From Alphaproteobacteria bacterium (lineage in GTDB: Bacteria > Pseudomonadota > Alphaproteobacteria > Rhodobacterales > Rhodobacteraceae), in NCBI GenBank assembly GCA_030428915.1, contig JAUIDM010000001.1, positions 1 through 62,326 of the forward strand: a DNA stretch of 62,326 nt. Reading direction: 5' to 3'. How positions within the stretch are numbered: position 1 is the first letter of the stretch; each line of letters starts with the position of its first letter. Of the stretch, positions 26,697 to 35,268 are shown piece by piece. The notes under the pieces were generated by a model, which had not been told where the DNA came from, did no database searches, and saw only the letters and a list, made by a program, of their open reading frames with translations. The translations under genes and the position numbers were made by a program.

Positions 26697-29023
26697 CAGT
26701 GGGTCTCCCCGCGCTCGGTTTCGCCATCGACAAGATCGGCGCGGTGGAGCTCGAACTCACGGTCTGCGATCTCCTCGACCACGGCGCGGGTCGCCTCGCT
26801 GTTGGCGGTGGCCGCGTCGGATTGCAGATAGGTCTTGGCGGCATAGAGCCGGTCGAGACGGTCTTCGATTTGGGTCTTGAGCACATCGACATCCCCTTCC
26901 CGCAGCCACTCGATCTGCGTCGCGTCGAGATCGCGCTCGACCGCGCCGCGGTAGCTCAGACGCTGGGCGTCATCCTGGAACGGCGAATGCAGATTGCCGG
27001 CCCGTTCATGGTCGACGACCCGCCGGATGTCCGGATCGGCAATCGGCCCGACTTCGACAGCTTCCCCCTCGCGCGCGCCCGAAAGCCGCCCGTCGCGCAG
27101 GTCGAGCGCCACCTCCCGGAGCTCGTTTTCGCGGCGGATCTGGTCGATAGCCTCGGTGTCGCGCGCCTCGGCGACGGCCGCATAGGTCGCGCCAAGCCCG
27201 CGGGCTAGATGCGAGGGCATGTCCGGGTGGCGATCGCGGAACTCTTCCGTGACGGCATCCGCAACGGATGTCCGCGCGTCGCGGCCTTCCATGATCCGGT
27301 CGACTTCGCGGGTGATCTCACTGGCCCGATCCTCGTCGGTGATGCGCTCCCGGTAGGGTTCGGACCGGTCGATCACGTCTCCCGGGCGCGCGAGAAGCTC
27401 TGGATGCGCATCAAGGTAGCTCCGCTGCTCTTCCTCGATACGCCGCTCCGCCCGGGAGGCGATCTCCCACTCCCGATCCTCGATCTGCTGATCGGTCAGA
27501 CCTTCCGAACGCATGTCCTGGCGGATTGCGCGCTCCATGTCCTCAGTGGCGTCCCGGTGATAGTGGAACCGCTCGGTCACGGTGCGATCTTCCACGACAC
27601 CGTCTTCCCGCAGGATCCCTGCCCGCTCCAACGCGGTGCCGAGCTGCACATGGGCCCGGTTGAGGGTCTCGCGCGCCGTCTCCAGATCCGCGCGACGCTC
27701 GAGGTTGAGACCGTCCCGCTCGGCCACCCGCGCCAGATCGTCGGCGATCCATTGGCGCTCGAGCGCGGCGTTCTGCGCGCCCGTCTCCATCCGGGCGACC
27801 ACCACGGACGAACTGATCCCGGTCCCGCGCAGCGCCGTGTCGACCTGCGCCCGCACCTCCGGGTCGCGCAACCGGTCAAGCCGGGCCGCATCTATATTGG
27901 TCTCGGAATAGACCCCGCCCTCCGAGGGCTTCTCGGTCAATGTCATGGAACGAAGCCCCAGCGGCTGCATATGCGCCAGCCGGGTCTGGATCTCGTTGAG
28001 GCTCCGCTCGAGTCGAGGCCGCTCCGCCTCCGGCTTCGCCTCGATCATGCCCTGGACGCGCGCGACCTGATCGGCATAACGGGTCCTCAGATCCTCGAAC
28101 GATTGCTCCTCTGCCATGTAGACGCCTCCTTCCAAATTCAGCTTGCCGCCCCTCGCCAGGAGCTCTCCGGACCGGAAGAGCGCGTTGGCGATATCCTCGC
28201 GATTGTCCGCGGAAGCTTCGGCAGCAAGGGAGTGATAGATGATCCGGGTGTTGGCGATCTCTTCGAGCGCGCGATCCAGGTCCGCCCCGACCCGTGGACG
28301 CGGTTCCGCAACTCGCCCCTCAGCCTTGGCGGCGTAGACCTCGCGGGTTCTGGCCGGGTAGTGGACGACGCCCCGGTCGAGCCGCCGCGTGGCCTCCAGG
28401 CGCACCCCGAACCGCTCGGCCTCCTCGACCATGGCGAGGCGGAAATCGTCGTAGTTGAACCGGTGATCGCGACCCAGGAAGAAGAACTCTCCCTCCTGCG
28501 ACCGGCGATTCAAAACTATATGCGCGTGGGGGTGATCCCGGTCCTCATGCACCGCGATGATGTAGTCGAAATGCCCCTCGTCCGACTGGAAGAACCGCTC
28601 CGCGACATTGGCGGTGATGTCGCGCACGTCCTCGCCCCGGGTGCCGATCGGATAGGACATGAGCATATGAGTCGTCTGCCCGAGCTTGGGCTTGAACCCC
28701 GCACTCCAGCGCTTGGCGAACCGCTCGGTCAGGTCCTTGATCTCCGACCCTTCGAGTTTCGTCTTCCCGTCCAGGAAGCCGCTCGAGTCGACGATATGGG
28801 AGGATTTCGTGGTGAGGTAATCTAGCTGGTTCATGAGCTGGGACTTCGTATGGGTGCCCCCGCCCCGGATCGCCTTGAAGACCGCCGCACGGTGACCGGC
28901 GGCCGCTCGCACGAGCTGCCTCTGTCGGGACGCTTGCAGCCCCTGCACCGAGCCGCGGATCCGGCTCCAGCCATCCCGGAATATCTCTCCGGTGACATCA
29001 TGGACGGCATCATTCAGCCGCAT
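26696..29023 (-). CDS. virD2: MOB-P (VirD2-type) relaxase with long C-terminal extension
   Basis: Motif I LDYL, motif II HMLMSYP.GT, motif III HEDRDHPHAHIV. Confidence 0.92.
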   Translation of the reverse strand: MRLNDAVHDVTGEIFRDGWSRIRGSVQGLQASRQRQLVRAAAGHRAAVFKAIRGGGTHTKSQLMNQLDYLTTKSSHIVDSSGFLDGKTKLEGSEIKDLTERFAKRWSAGFKPKLGQTTHMLMSYPIGTRGEDVRDITANVAERFFQSDEGHFDYIIAVHEDRDHPHAHIVLNRRSQEGEFFFLGRDHRFNYDDFRLAMVEEAERFGVRLEATRRLDRGVVHYPARTREVYAAKAEGRVAEPRPRVGADLDRALEEIANTRIIYHSLAAEASADNREDIANALFRSGELLARGGKLNLEGGVYMAEEQSFEDLRTRYADQVARVQGMIEAKPEAERPRLERSLNEIQTRLAHMQPLGLRSMTLTEKPSEGGVYSETNIDAARLDRLRDPEVRAQVDTALRGTGISSSVVVARMETGAQNAALERQWIADDLARVAERDGLNLERRADLETARETLNRAHVQLGTALERAGILREDGVVEDRTVTERFHYHRDATEDMERAIRQDMRSEGLTDQQIEDREWEIASRAERRIEEEQRSYLDAHPELLARPGDVIDRSEPYRERITDEDRASEITREVDRIMEGRDARTSVADAVTEEFRDRHPDMPSHLARGLGATYAAVAEARDTEAIDQIRRENELREVALDLRDGRLSGAREGEAVEVGPIADPDIRRVVDHERAGNLHSPFQDDAQRLSYRGAVERDLDATQIEWLREGDVDVLKTQIEDRLDRLYAAKTYLQSDAATANSEATRAVVEEIADREFELHRADLVDGETERGETH

Positions 29024-29603
29024 GGGCGAACTCCCTCAGAGCGGCGGTCGCCGAGAGCCGCATCCCGTCCTGGCGACGGCGCAAAAGCAGGTCGATCTCG
29101 TCAGCAGAATCAAGGATGAACCGCGCCAGCCCACGCATCTGCGCAAGGCGCAATTCGGACAACTCTGCGTTCGCTTTGGAACCTTCGCCCTGCCCGGTCC
29201 GGCTGGCCTTCACCATCTGCTTGGCGATCTGCACGACGCCGTTGCCGACCTCGTGCAGGGAGGCCCTGTAGCGTGCCAGTTCACCCGCCAGCTGCGCGTC
29301 CGGAACGAAGGTTCCCCCCGCCGCCTGGATCAGTCTTCTGAGCCCTTCCGTGCGGGTCTCGATCCCGGCCGCGGCCAGGACCTCATCCAGCGCCGCGAGT
29401 TCTTCTGGCGTCAGCTTCACCGTCACGGCAGCCGTGGCCACGGCCGCATCGCGTTGGCGCTCTGTATCGGCTTTCAGAGTGTACTGGACGGCCCGGGGCG
29501 TGACCCCGAACTTCTTCGCGAGATCCGATGTCGAGACGCCTTCCCCGGCGGCCCGGACGATCTCCGCGCGCTCCATCCCTGTCAATCTCCCGGTCCGGCT
29601 CAT
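29010..29603 (-). CDS. mobC: Relaxosome accessory protein MobC-like (HTH plus RHH)
   Basis: HTH N-terminus, VTVKLTPEE, VGNGVVQIAK; overlaps relaxase start. Confidence 0.8.
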   Translation of the reverse strand: MSRTGRLTGMERAEIVRAAGEGVSTSDLAKKFGVTPRAVQYTLKADTERQRDAAVATAAVTVKLTPEELAALDEVLAAAGIETRTEGLRRLIQAAGGTFVPDAQLAGELARYRASLHEVGNGVVQIAKQMVKASRTGQGEGSKANAELSELRLAQMRGLARFILDSADEIDLLLRRRQDGMRLSATAALREFAHAAE

Positions 29604-29614
29604 GCGAAGAAAGC

Positions 29615-29700
29615 CCCCCTATTTCCTGCCACCTTCATTCAAGGTCGCCCCCATCATACGAAACTATATGCAACGGTCAATACAATATTATTGTAGATTG
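29615..29700 (+). promoter_or_regulatory. Candidate oriT and mobC promoter
   Basis: TATTTCCTGCCA (29620-29631) resembles the MOB-P/T-border nic core TATATCCTGCCA. Minus-strand promoter TTGACC-16-TATGAT (29680-29653). AT-rich imperfect inverted repeat at 29678-29700. Confidence 0.55.
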
Positions 29701-30126
29701 CCCCCAGGCGACCTTGAATTCCGCTTCTGGCCGAGCACCGCAGGTGCGAGGCCCGGCCCACAGGGCCCAGGAAAACCGACCATCTCCAACCGCACACCAG
29801 CCGCCTTTTGTCATGCCCGCGCCCGAGGTTCAGGCCGGGCACGCATGTGTTCGGACGGAAGCGTGGGACGGCGCATGATCTCCCCGACGGGGCCGACGGA
29901 CAGGGTCAAGGGCGGCCAGATTTGGCCCGCCAAATCTCTGCCGGAAAAACCGGCGGGCTTCAGCCCGGCTGTTATTCCGGATGGCCCCCTTGAGGCTGGC
30001 CGGCAGACCTGTTCCAGGCGATTTCTCATATCCCCGTCAGGACCGCGCGCGGTCCTGACACCTTCCCGGGGACGCCGGCCGGAGGCCGGGGTTTCCGGGA
30101 CTGGCGCAGCCTTCCCCGAACCGGGG

Positions 30127-30149
30127 AAAGGGCCGCCCGGGGGCGGCCC
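30127..30149 (-). terminator. Probable intrinsic terminator
   Basis: GGGCCGCCC/GGGCGGCCC stem followed by TTT on the minus strand, 15 nt after the stop at 30164. Confidence 0.55.
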
Positions 30150-30163
30150 ATCTTTGAGGCGGA

Positions 30164-30370
30164 CTATTCCTGCGGTTCCTTCGCGCTCGGCGGGAACATC
30201 ACCAGCTCCTGGACCGCGACCGGGAAGTCGAGCTTGAGGCTGAAGAACTCCGAGCCGTCCCCGTTGCGGGTGTTGCGGAACATCGCGCCGACGCGCTGGA
30301 AGCGGGTGCGTTCCTTGCCGTCGCTGTCGGTGAACTTGACGGGAACGGTGGCGACGTAGTGGTTGGTCAT
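30164..30370 (-). CDS. Small beta-rich protein, DUF736/SSB-like
   Basis: GKERTRFQRVGAMF...FSLKLD; AAGGAG RBS. Confidence 0.8.
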   Translation of the reverse strand: MTNHYVATVPVKFTDSDGKERTRFQRVGAMFRNTRNGDGSEFFSLKLDFPVAVQELVMFPPSAKEPQE

Positions 30371-31095
30371 TTGGGTCTCTCCTTTTTGCGATGGGGATCA
30401 CCCGGCACGGGGGACAAGGGCAGGCCGCAAGGGCAAATGCGGAGGGTCCGCGCGCTTGCCGCGTGGAAGCCGTATTTGTGCTTGCCGGAGCGAAGCAGAG
30501 GGGACGGACGGCCCGACCCCGTGCGATCCACATCTAGGAGCAAAGAGGGGAGACCTGGATGTGCAGCTCGCTCTTCAGTCGCAATCGGTCCTGTCTAGGG
30601 TCGTGAGACGTGGTGAGGTCCAGGCCGCTCGCATCCAGCGTGCCGGTGAGATGTTCCGCCCACGCCCGATCGGCATGACCGCGATCCGCAGTTTCACGTT
30701 CGGCTTCCCCGTCGCCGGTCTCGCGATCCGGAGCGTTGATACAGCCGGGCGTCTGACAGCAGGGTTATCGGTCCGGATGTGCCGCCCACGGGCGGCGCGG
30801 TCGATGCGCTGCGCCCGCCCCAGCGATCTGCACCCGGACGGGCGGATCGCGGGGTTTCCGGCGCGCATGAGGGCAACCCCGCCGGCTGGCTCCGCAAGGA
30901 GACCGCCGCCGGGGTATGCCGCTCAGCGTGGCCAGAGGCCCCGTGTTCCGGGTGGAGGCCGGTACGGCCGGAACCTGCGAGCGCGGTGACGGCGGTGCAA
31001 CCGCCGGCAGGGGCCCGTCATGACGGAAACCCGATGACCGCCGACCATCATGTCATCTGCATCTGACTGAGGGACCACGGCCAGTTGAAAGGTGA

Positions 31096-31131
31096 AGCAG
31101 CCCCGCCCGGCCAAGGCCGGGCGGGGCTGCT
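31096..31131. repeat. Perfect 17-bp inverted repeat (terminator-like hairpin)
   Basis: AGCAGCCCCGCCCGGCC-AA-GGCCGGGCGGGGCTGCT. Confidence 0.8.
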
Positions 31132-31355
31132 CTTGTGGATGGTGTCGCAGTCGTCGCGAGCGTGGAAGGTTTTGAGAGAAGGGTCGCCGGGCGACGGGCC
31201 GCCCGGTGGCAGGTGACGTTCAGGCGAAGAGGGATTCGCTGACGTGCCCGCAATTCGCACAGACCTCCCTTCAGTGAAAGTTGACACTCCCGCCATCGAT
31301 GGTCTTCCAATCGGTCCGCGAGGCGTCGTCGTCACCGGCTGGCAGGACGCAGGGC

Positions 31356-31415
31356 AGACGGATGGAGCGGCGGGATCGTTTTGCCTTTGGCAAAACTGAC
31401 CGGAGCGCAATCCGG
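31356..31415. repeat. Leading-region structured repeat, copy A
   Basis: AGACGGATGGAGCGGCGGGATCGTTTT...GAGCGCAATCCGG; matches 32782-32843. Confidence 0.75.
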
Positions 31416-31523
31416 ACGAGTTGCCAGGGGATGCCCTGCACGCGCGACGAACAAACCCGGATGCCTTCGCAAAAAGGCTCATGGAAACGACGAAAGGGCC
31501 GCCCAAAGGCGACCCTCTCTCAT

Positions 31524-32453
31524 TCACTCGTCTGCTGTCTTCTTCGCAGGATCAGCGACCCGCATGACTGTCAGACCTTTCGCTTCTGCCTTCTGTCCGA
31601 GGTTGAGCGCAACCCCGTTGCCGCCGAAAAGCACGACGCCCGTCGCGGCAAACTTGTCGTCCAGCATCTCGTCGTTGCATTTGAAGGGAGCCGCGCGCCC
31701 ATGCGCGGACCAGCGGGGATCGAAGCGGGCCTGCGCGACGCCGCGTGCGCGAGCCCAGCGGGCCGCGATCATCTCGGCGCCATGCTTGCCGCCCTTGTGG
31801 CAGAGGAAGATCTCCTGATTGCGGTTCTGCCGGATGCGCTCCCGAACCTTGTCGAGTGTCGAGAAGATGACGTCGATATCGGTCCAGTCGGTGGCGCCCG
31901 AGACGATCAGGGGAACCCCCTCGACCTTCGACTTCGCGGCGGTCTCGCGATCATGCTGCTCCAACAGCTGCCGAGCCTCGAAGACGGCTCCGGTCTCCTG
32001 GGCGCGAGCGCTGGCGCGGGACCCCGCCGCCGGGATGAAAGCATGGCCGGTCTCGACCTCATAGCATTCCGCCGCCGCCTCGCTCATCACCTCGATGGCG
32101 GCGACGATCTCCCGCAGGTGCAGGAAGCGAGCCTGCGCTTCTTCGAGCGCGGTCTCCGCAATCTCCGATCCGTCATGGGATTTGGCCAGAGCACCGATTT
32201 TGTCGGCGGTGCGGTCAAGCTCCTTGCCGAGAGCAATCTTGCGGCGCTGCAGGATCGTGGCGAGCCCGTGCGCGAGAGGTTCGATCTCGGCCTCGAGGCC
32301 GGTGCCGCGCAGTTGGCCGAGCAGGGCCTCGAAACTCTCGCGGACGATGCTGTCCTTCAGGATGTGATCTTCGGGGATCGGCAACTCTGCGTCCTTTTCC
32401 GTCAGGCCGAAAAGTTCGATGGTCTCGTAGGCGTTCGCGTTCTCGTAAGTCAT
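31524..32453 (-). CDS. DUF2493 (YspA-like SLOG) domain protein
   Basis: LIVSGATDW...HKGGKHGAEMIAARWA...F.PRW..HGRAAPFKCND; GGAG RBS before ATG 32453. Confidence 0.85.
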   Translation of the reverse strand: MTYENANAYETIELFGLTEKDAELPIPEDHILKDSIVRESFEALLGQLRGTGLEAEIEPLAHGLATILQRRKIALGKELDRTADKIGALAKSHDGSEIAETALEEAQARFLHLREIVAAIEVMSEAAAECYEVETGHAFIPAAGSRASARAQETGAVFEARQLLEQHDRETAAKSKVEGVPLIVSGATDWTDIDVIFSTLDKVRERIRQNRNQEIFLCHKGGKHGAEMIAARWARARGVAQARFDPRWSAHGRAAPFKCNDEMLDDKFAATGVVLFGGNGVALNLGQKAEAKGLTVMRVADPAKKTADE

Positions 32454-32781
32454 GTCGGTGTCTCCAGATGTTCGGGGAACCACCACGGGAGCGTGGTGGC
32501 ATGGCCGAATGTCCGGTTCTCCGAATCTGTCCGGGTCAGGGACGGCGGAGCCGCCGGCTTGCCGGGCGCAAAAGTTTTCCGGGCGCATCGCCCACCACAG
32601 GCGCGGCATCGAACACTGGACTGCCCTCTCCACACCCGCCGCCCTCGCCGAAAAGTTTTGCGATCCTTGACGCGGGCTGATCCGGGGGCCATCCGGAGGA
32701 TATGCTTCCACGCTCATGTGTGTGTGTTTTGACGGCAGGTTTGCCCGACGCGAGCAGGCAAACGGCGCGACCAGACGCGGG

Positions 32782-32843
32782 AGACGGATGAAGCGGCGGG
32801 ATCGTTTTGGCCTCCGGCCGAAACAGACCTGAGCGCAATCCGG
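32782..32843. repeat. Leading-region structured repeat, copy B
   Basis: AGACGGATGAAGCGGCGGGATCGTTTT...GAGCGCAATCCGG. Confidence 0.75.
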
Positions 32844-33107
32844 CGGAGCGGCCGGGGAGCGACGTGCTCGCGAGACGGGCAAACCGGGGGCCTGGGTGCA
32901 ACGCCGCGGTGAGGCCGCATGGCCGAATGCGCGATCGGCCAACGGCCGATATCTCACCTGCGACACGCGAAGCCGAGCAGGGGAGGCCGTCAGGCATGGG
33001 GCACCACGTTCAAAGCTACGAACGTCGTTCACATTGTGCGCCAAGCCAGTTTAGGTTGCCCAAGTAAACCATATGGAACAAGATGGGAACCAACAGGAGG
33101 CCGAGCC

Positions 33108-33515
33108 ATGGTTGATGACATCGAAATGCCGCCAAACCTGGCGGAAGCCCTTCACCGGCAAAATGAGATTGACCGTGCGGCGTCCGGGCAGAAGGCACCG
33201 GCGTCGGGCTTCACTTACAAGGGGGTGCAGCTTGAAAGCAGATGGGCGGTCCTTCGCGAGCAGGAAGATATGAAGCGCATCGTCGATGCCATGCCCAAAC
33301 TCATGTCCCGGCGCCTCGAAACCATCTGGTGCGACACCAAAGCCGGCGCGACCTACACCGTGACCGTGAAAGACAGGCTCTGGGTTCCCGATCTGAAATG
33401 GACGATCTCGGATGCGATCGTGGACGCGGTCGGCGGGCACAATGGAACTTACATTGACGGCGACGCGCCCTCCGGGATGGACGTTGACCCATATTGGCCG
33501 GGCGATTACGCTTGA
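33108..33515 (+). CDS. Hypothetical protein
   Basis: AGGAGG RBS; 135 aa, protein-like composition. Confidence 0.75.
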   Translation: MVDDIEMPPNLAEALHRQNEIDRAASGQKAPASGFTYKGVQLESRWAVLREQEDMKRIVDAMPKLMSRRLETIWCDTKAGATYTVTVKDRLWVPDLKWTISDAIVDAVGGHNGTYIDGDAPSGMDVDPYWPGDYA

Positions 33516-33777
33516 AATCGTCACCCAACGGACAGAAAACAACGCGAAACCTGCCACTTCGCGTTGACAGGTTTTCCACCCCACGGGTAGGGTGGCTTTC
33601 CATATCCACCTGTGGCGGGATCTCGTACACCTAAGCAGCGTGTTCCAATCACCGCGAGCCCGGGAGTAGCGGAATACCGATATTCGGGTGGGGTGGAAAT
33701 TGCGCCACCCGAAGGCCCGGCCAAGCCATTGAGACGACGCCCAAGCCTCCGTAGATCGAAGGACAAGGAGGCCCGCA

Positions 33778-34296
33778 ATGGCAAAGACCACCACGACCAG
33801 ACCAAGCAAGACGCGCAAGTTGGCGCCGGAAAAATCCTCGACCGAACGTATCTTCGGGTCGAAGGTCTATTCGCATGGATATACCGGCGTTCCGAACATC
33901 CTGCTGCACGCACAGAACCGGCTGGGGATCACGCCCACGCAACTGACCATCATCGTCCAGCTGCTCGGCTACTACTACGATCCGCTCCGCCCGCCCTTCC
34001 CGACGAAGCGTGATCTTGCCAAGCGCATCGGCATCACTGAGCAGACGATCAGGATCAACATCAAGGCGCTCGAGGAGGCGGGGCTCGTTACACGCGAGCA
34101 ATGGAAGACCAGCGCCGGCGACTACGGGCCGAACCGGTACCACCTGACAGGGCTGATCAACAAGCTGAAGAAACTCGAGCCGGATTTCGAGGAGGAACGG
34201 AAGGAGCGGGAAGAAGCACGGGCCCTGACCGAGACGCCGCGCGCCAGGGCCAGCGCCCGAGCCAGAAAGGCCAAGGGCGATGGCGGCACAGAATAA
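33778..34296 (+). CDS. Winged-helix DNA-binding protein (HTH_36/DnaD-N-like)
   Basis: GYTGVPNILL...PFPTKRDLAKRIGITEQTIRINIKALEEAGLV...NRYHL; AAGGAGG RBS. Confidence 0.85.
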   Translation: MAKTTTTRPSKTRKLAPEKSSTERIFGSKVYSHGYTGVPNILLHAQNRLGITPTQLTIIVQLLGYYYDPLRPPFPTKRDLAKRIGITEQTIRINIKALEEAGLVTREQWKTSAGDYGPNRYHLTGLINKLKKLEPDFEEERKEREEARALTETPRARASARARKAKGDGGTE

Positions 34297-34894
34297 GCGC
34301 ATCCTCTGTTTTATCGACGAATGCGGCACCGCCGGCGAACCCGGCTTCGCGCTCGGATGCGTGATGGCTTGGGCGAGGGAGTGTGGACGCGCGGACAAAT
34401 CCTTGAGCGATTTGCTGGAGCCGAACGCCAACGAGCTCCATGCGGCGAACCTGAGCCGGGAGTATCTGCAAAGCCTTCTTGCTCGATATGCACAGACGGA
34501 CAGGCCCGAGGGCATGATCCTGATGAACAGGCTGGGAACGGTCACCGAGGGCACGGCGCCGGCGATCTACGCCGGAAATGTCATCGAAACCGTCAAGGTC
34601 GCCGTCGGGCAGTTCCGGAGGCTGAACAGGATTCGCGGGCAGGGCGTGGGCAACGTGGAACTCATCGTCGATCTAAACCACCATAACACGGACCCCGAAT
34701 GCCAGCGGATGATTTCGGAGGCGTGCCAGCATGACGGGCGGTTCAAGGCTGTGAACCGCATCAGCCAGATCGATTCCGCGGCATCGCGACTTCTGCAGCT
34801 CGCGGATGTGGTCGCTTATGCGCGCATGTGGATTCACCGCGGCGAAGAGAATGCGAAAGGGCTACATGAGAACTATGGGATCCGGGTGCTTTGA
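34280..34894 (+). CDS. DUF3800-family protein
   Basis: N-terminal FIDECG, ELHA, C-terminal DS..SRLLQLADVVA motifs; overlaps wHTH gene. Confidence 0.85.
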   Translation: MAAQNKRILCFIDECGTAGEPGFALGCVMAWARECGRADKSLSDLLEPNANELHAANLSREYLQSLLARYAQTDRPEGMILMNRLGTVTEGTAPAIYAGNVIETVKVAVGQFRRLNRIRGQGVGNVELIVDLNHHNTDPECQRMISEACQHDGRFKAVNRISQIDSAASRLLQLADVVAYARMWIHRGEENAKGLHENYGIRVL

Positions 34895-34897
34895 ATC

Positions 34898-34922
34898 AAA
34901 AAAACCGCCCCAAGGGCGGTTT
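34898..34922 (-). terminator. Intrinsic terminator of putative ncRNA
   Basis: Minus strand AAACCGCCC-TTG-GGGCGG-TTTTTTT. Confidence 0.8.
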
Positions 34923-35018
34923 CTAAGAGCGGCTCGCAACCGAACCATTTGAGGTTCGGGTCACCGCGACGCTCGCCCTGCACGCGGCATGACGGGTCGC
35001 CAACAGCATCGCTGTCGA
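34898..35018 (-). ncRNA. Putative structured ncRNA convergent with DUF3800 gene
   Basis: Promoter TTGAAT-17-TATATG (35052-35024), three hairpins with G-U pairs that form only on the minus strand, and a terminal stem plus U7. Confidence 0.65.
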
Positions 35019-35121
35019 AACGTCATATAGCAGGGGTGGGGTGAAGATTCAACTCCTGGACTGTTCAGGGGCGACGCGCGGCAGGTCGCACAACAGATAG
35101 GCGACGAGGGGAACAGGGACG

Positions 35122-35268
35122 ATGGCAGACTCTGATGACGAGAGATTTCGCGCGGAAATCGAACGCCTTCCCAAACGCCTGGAATGGATCAGCGCGGAGG
35201 AAGCGCACTCTGCGATGGAGGGCGACGAGGAGCGTAAGGGTATGACGTCTGAATTACCGCCGCCCTAG
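35122..35268 (+). CDS. Putative 48-aa acidic small protein
   Basis: MADSDDERFRAEIERLPKRLEWISAEE...; purine-rich upstream; stop shares CTAG with the radC stop. Below the ORF-track cutoff. Confidence 0.4.
   Translation: MADSDDERFRAEIERLPKRLEWISAEEAHSAMEGDEERKGMTSELPPP

Noticed and set aside
29700-33100. CRISPR array or tRNA among the hairpins and repeats
   Set aside because: No regularly spaced direct repeats, no cas genes and no cloverleaf or T-loop consensus recognised.
33778-34296. wHTH as the plasmid replication initiator
   Set aside because: Short, with no AT-rich origin, regular iteron array or par genes adjacent; kept only as an alternative hypothesis.
35019-35030. 12-mer CTATATGACGTT shared between the ncRNA promoter and the frlB promoter (54559-54570)
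   Set aside because: Shared 12-mers are expected by chance in 62 kb and there is no functional link.
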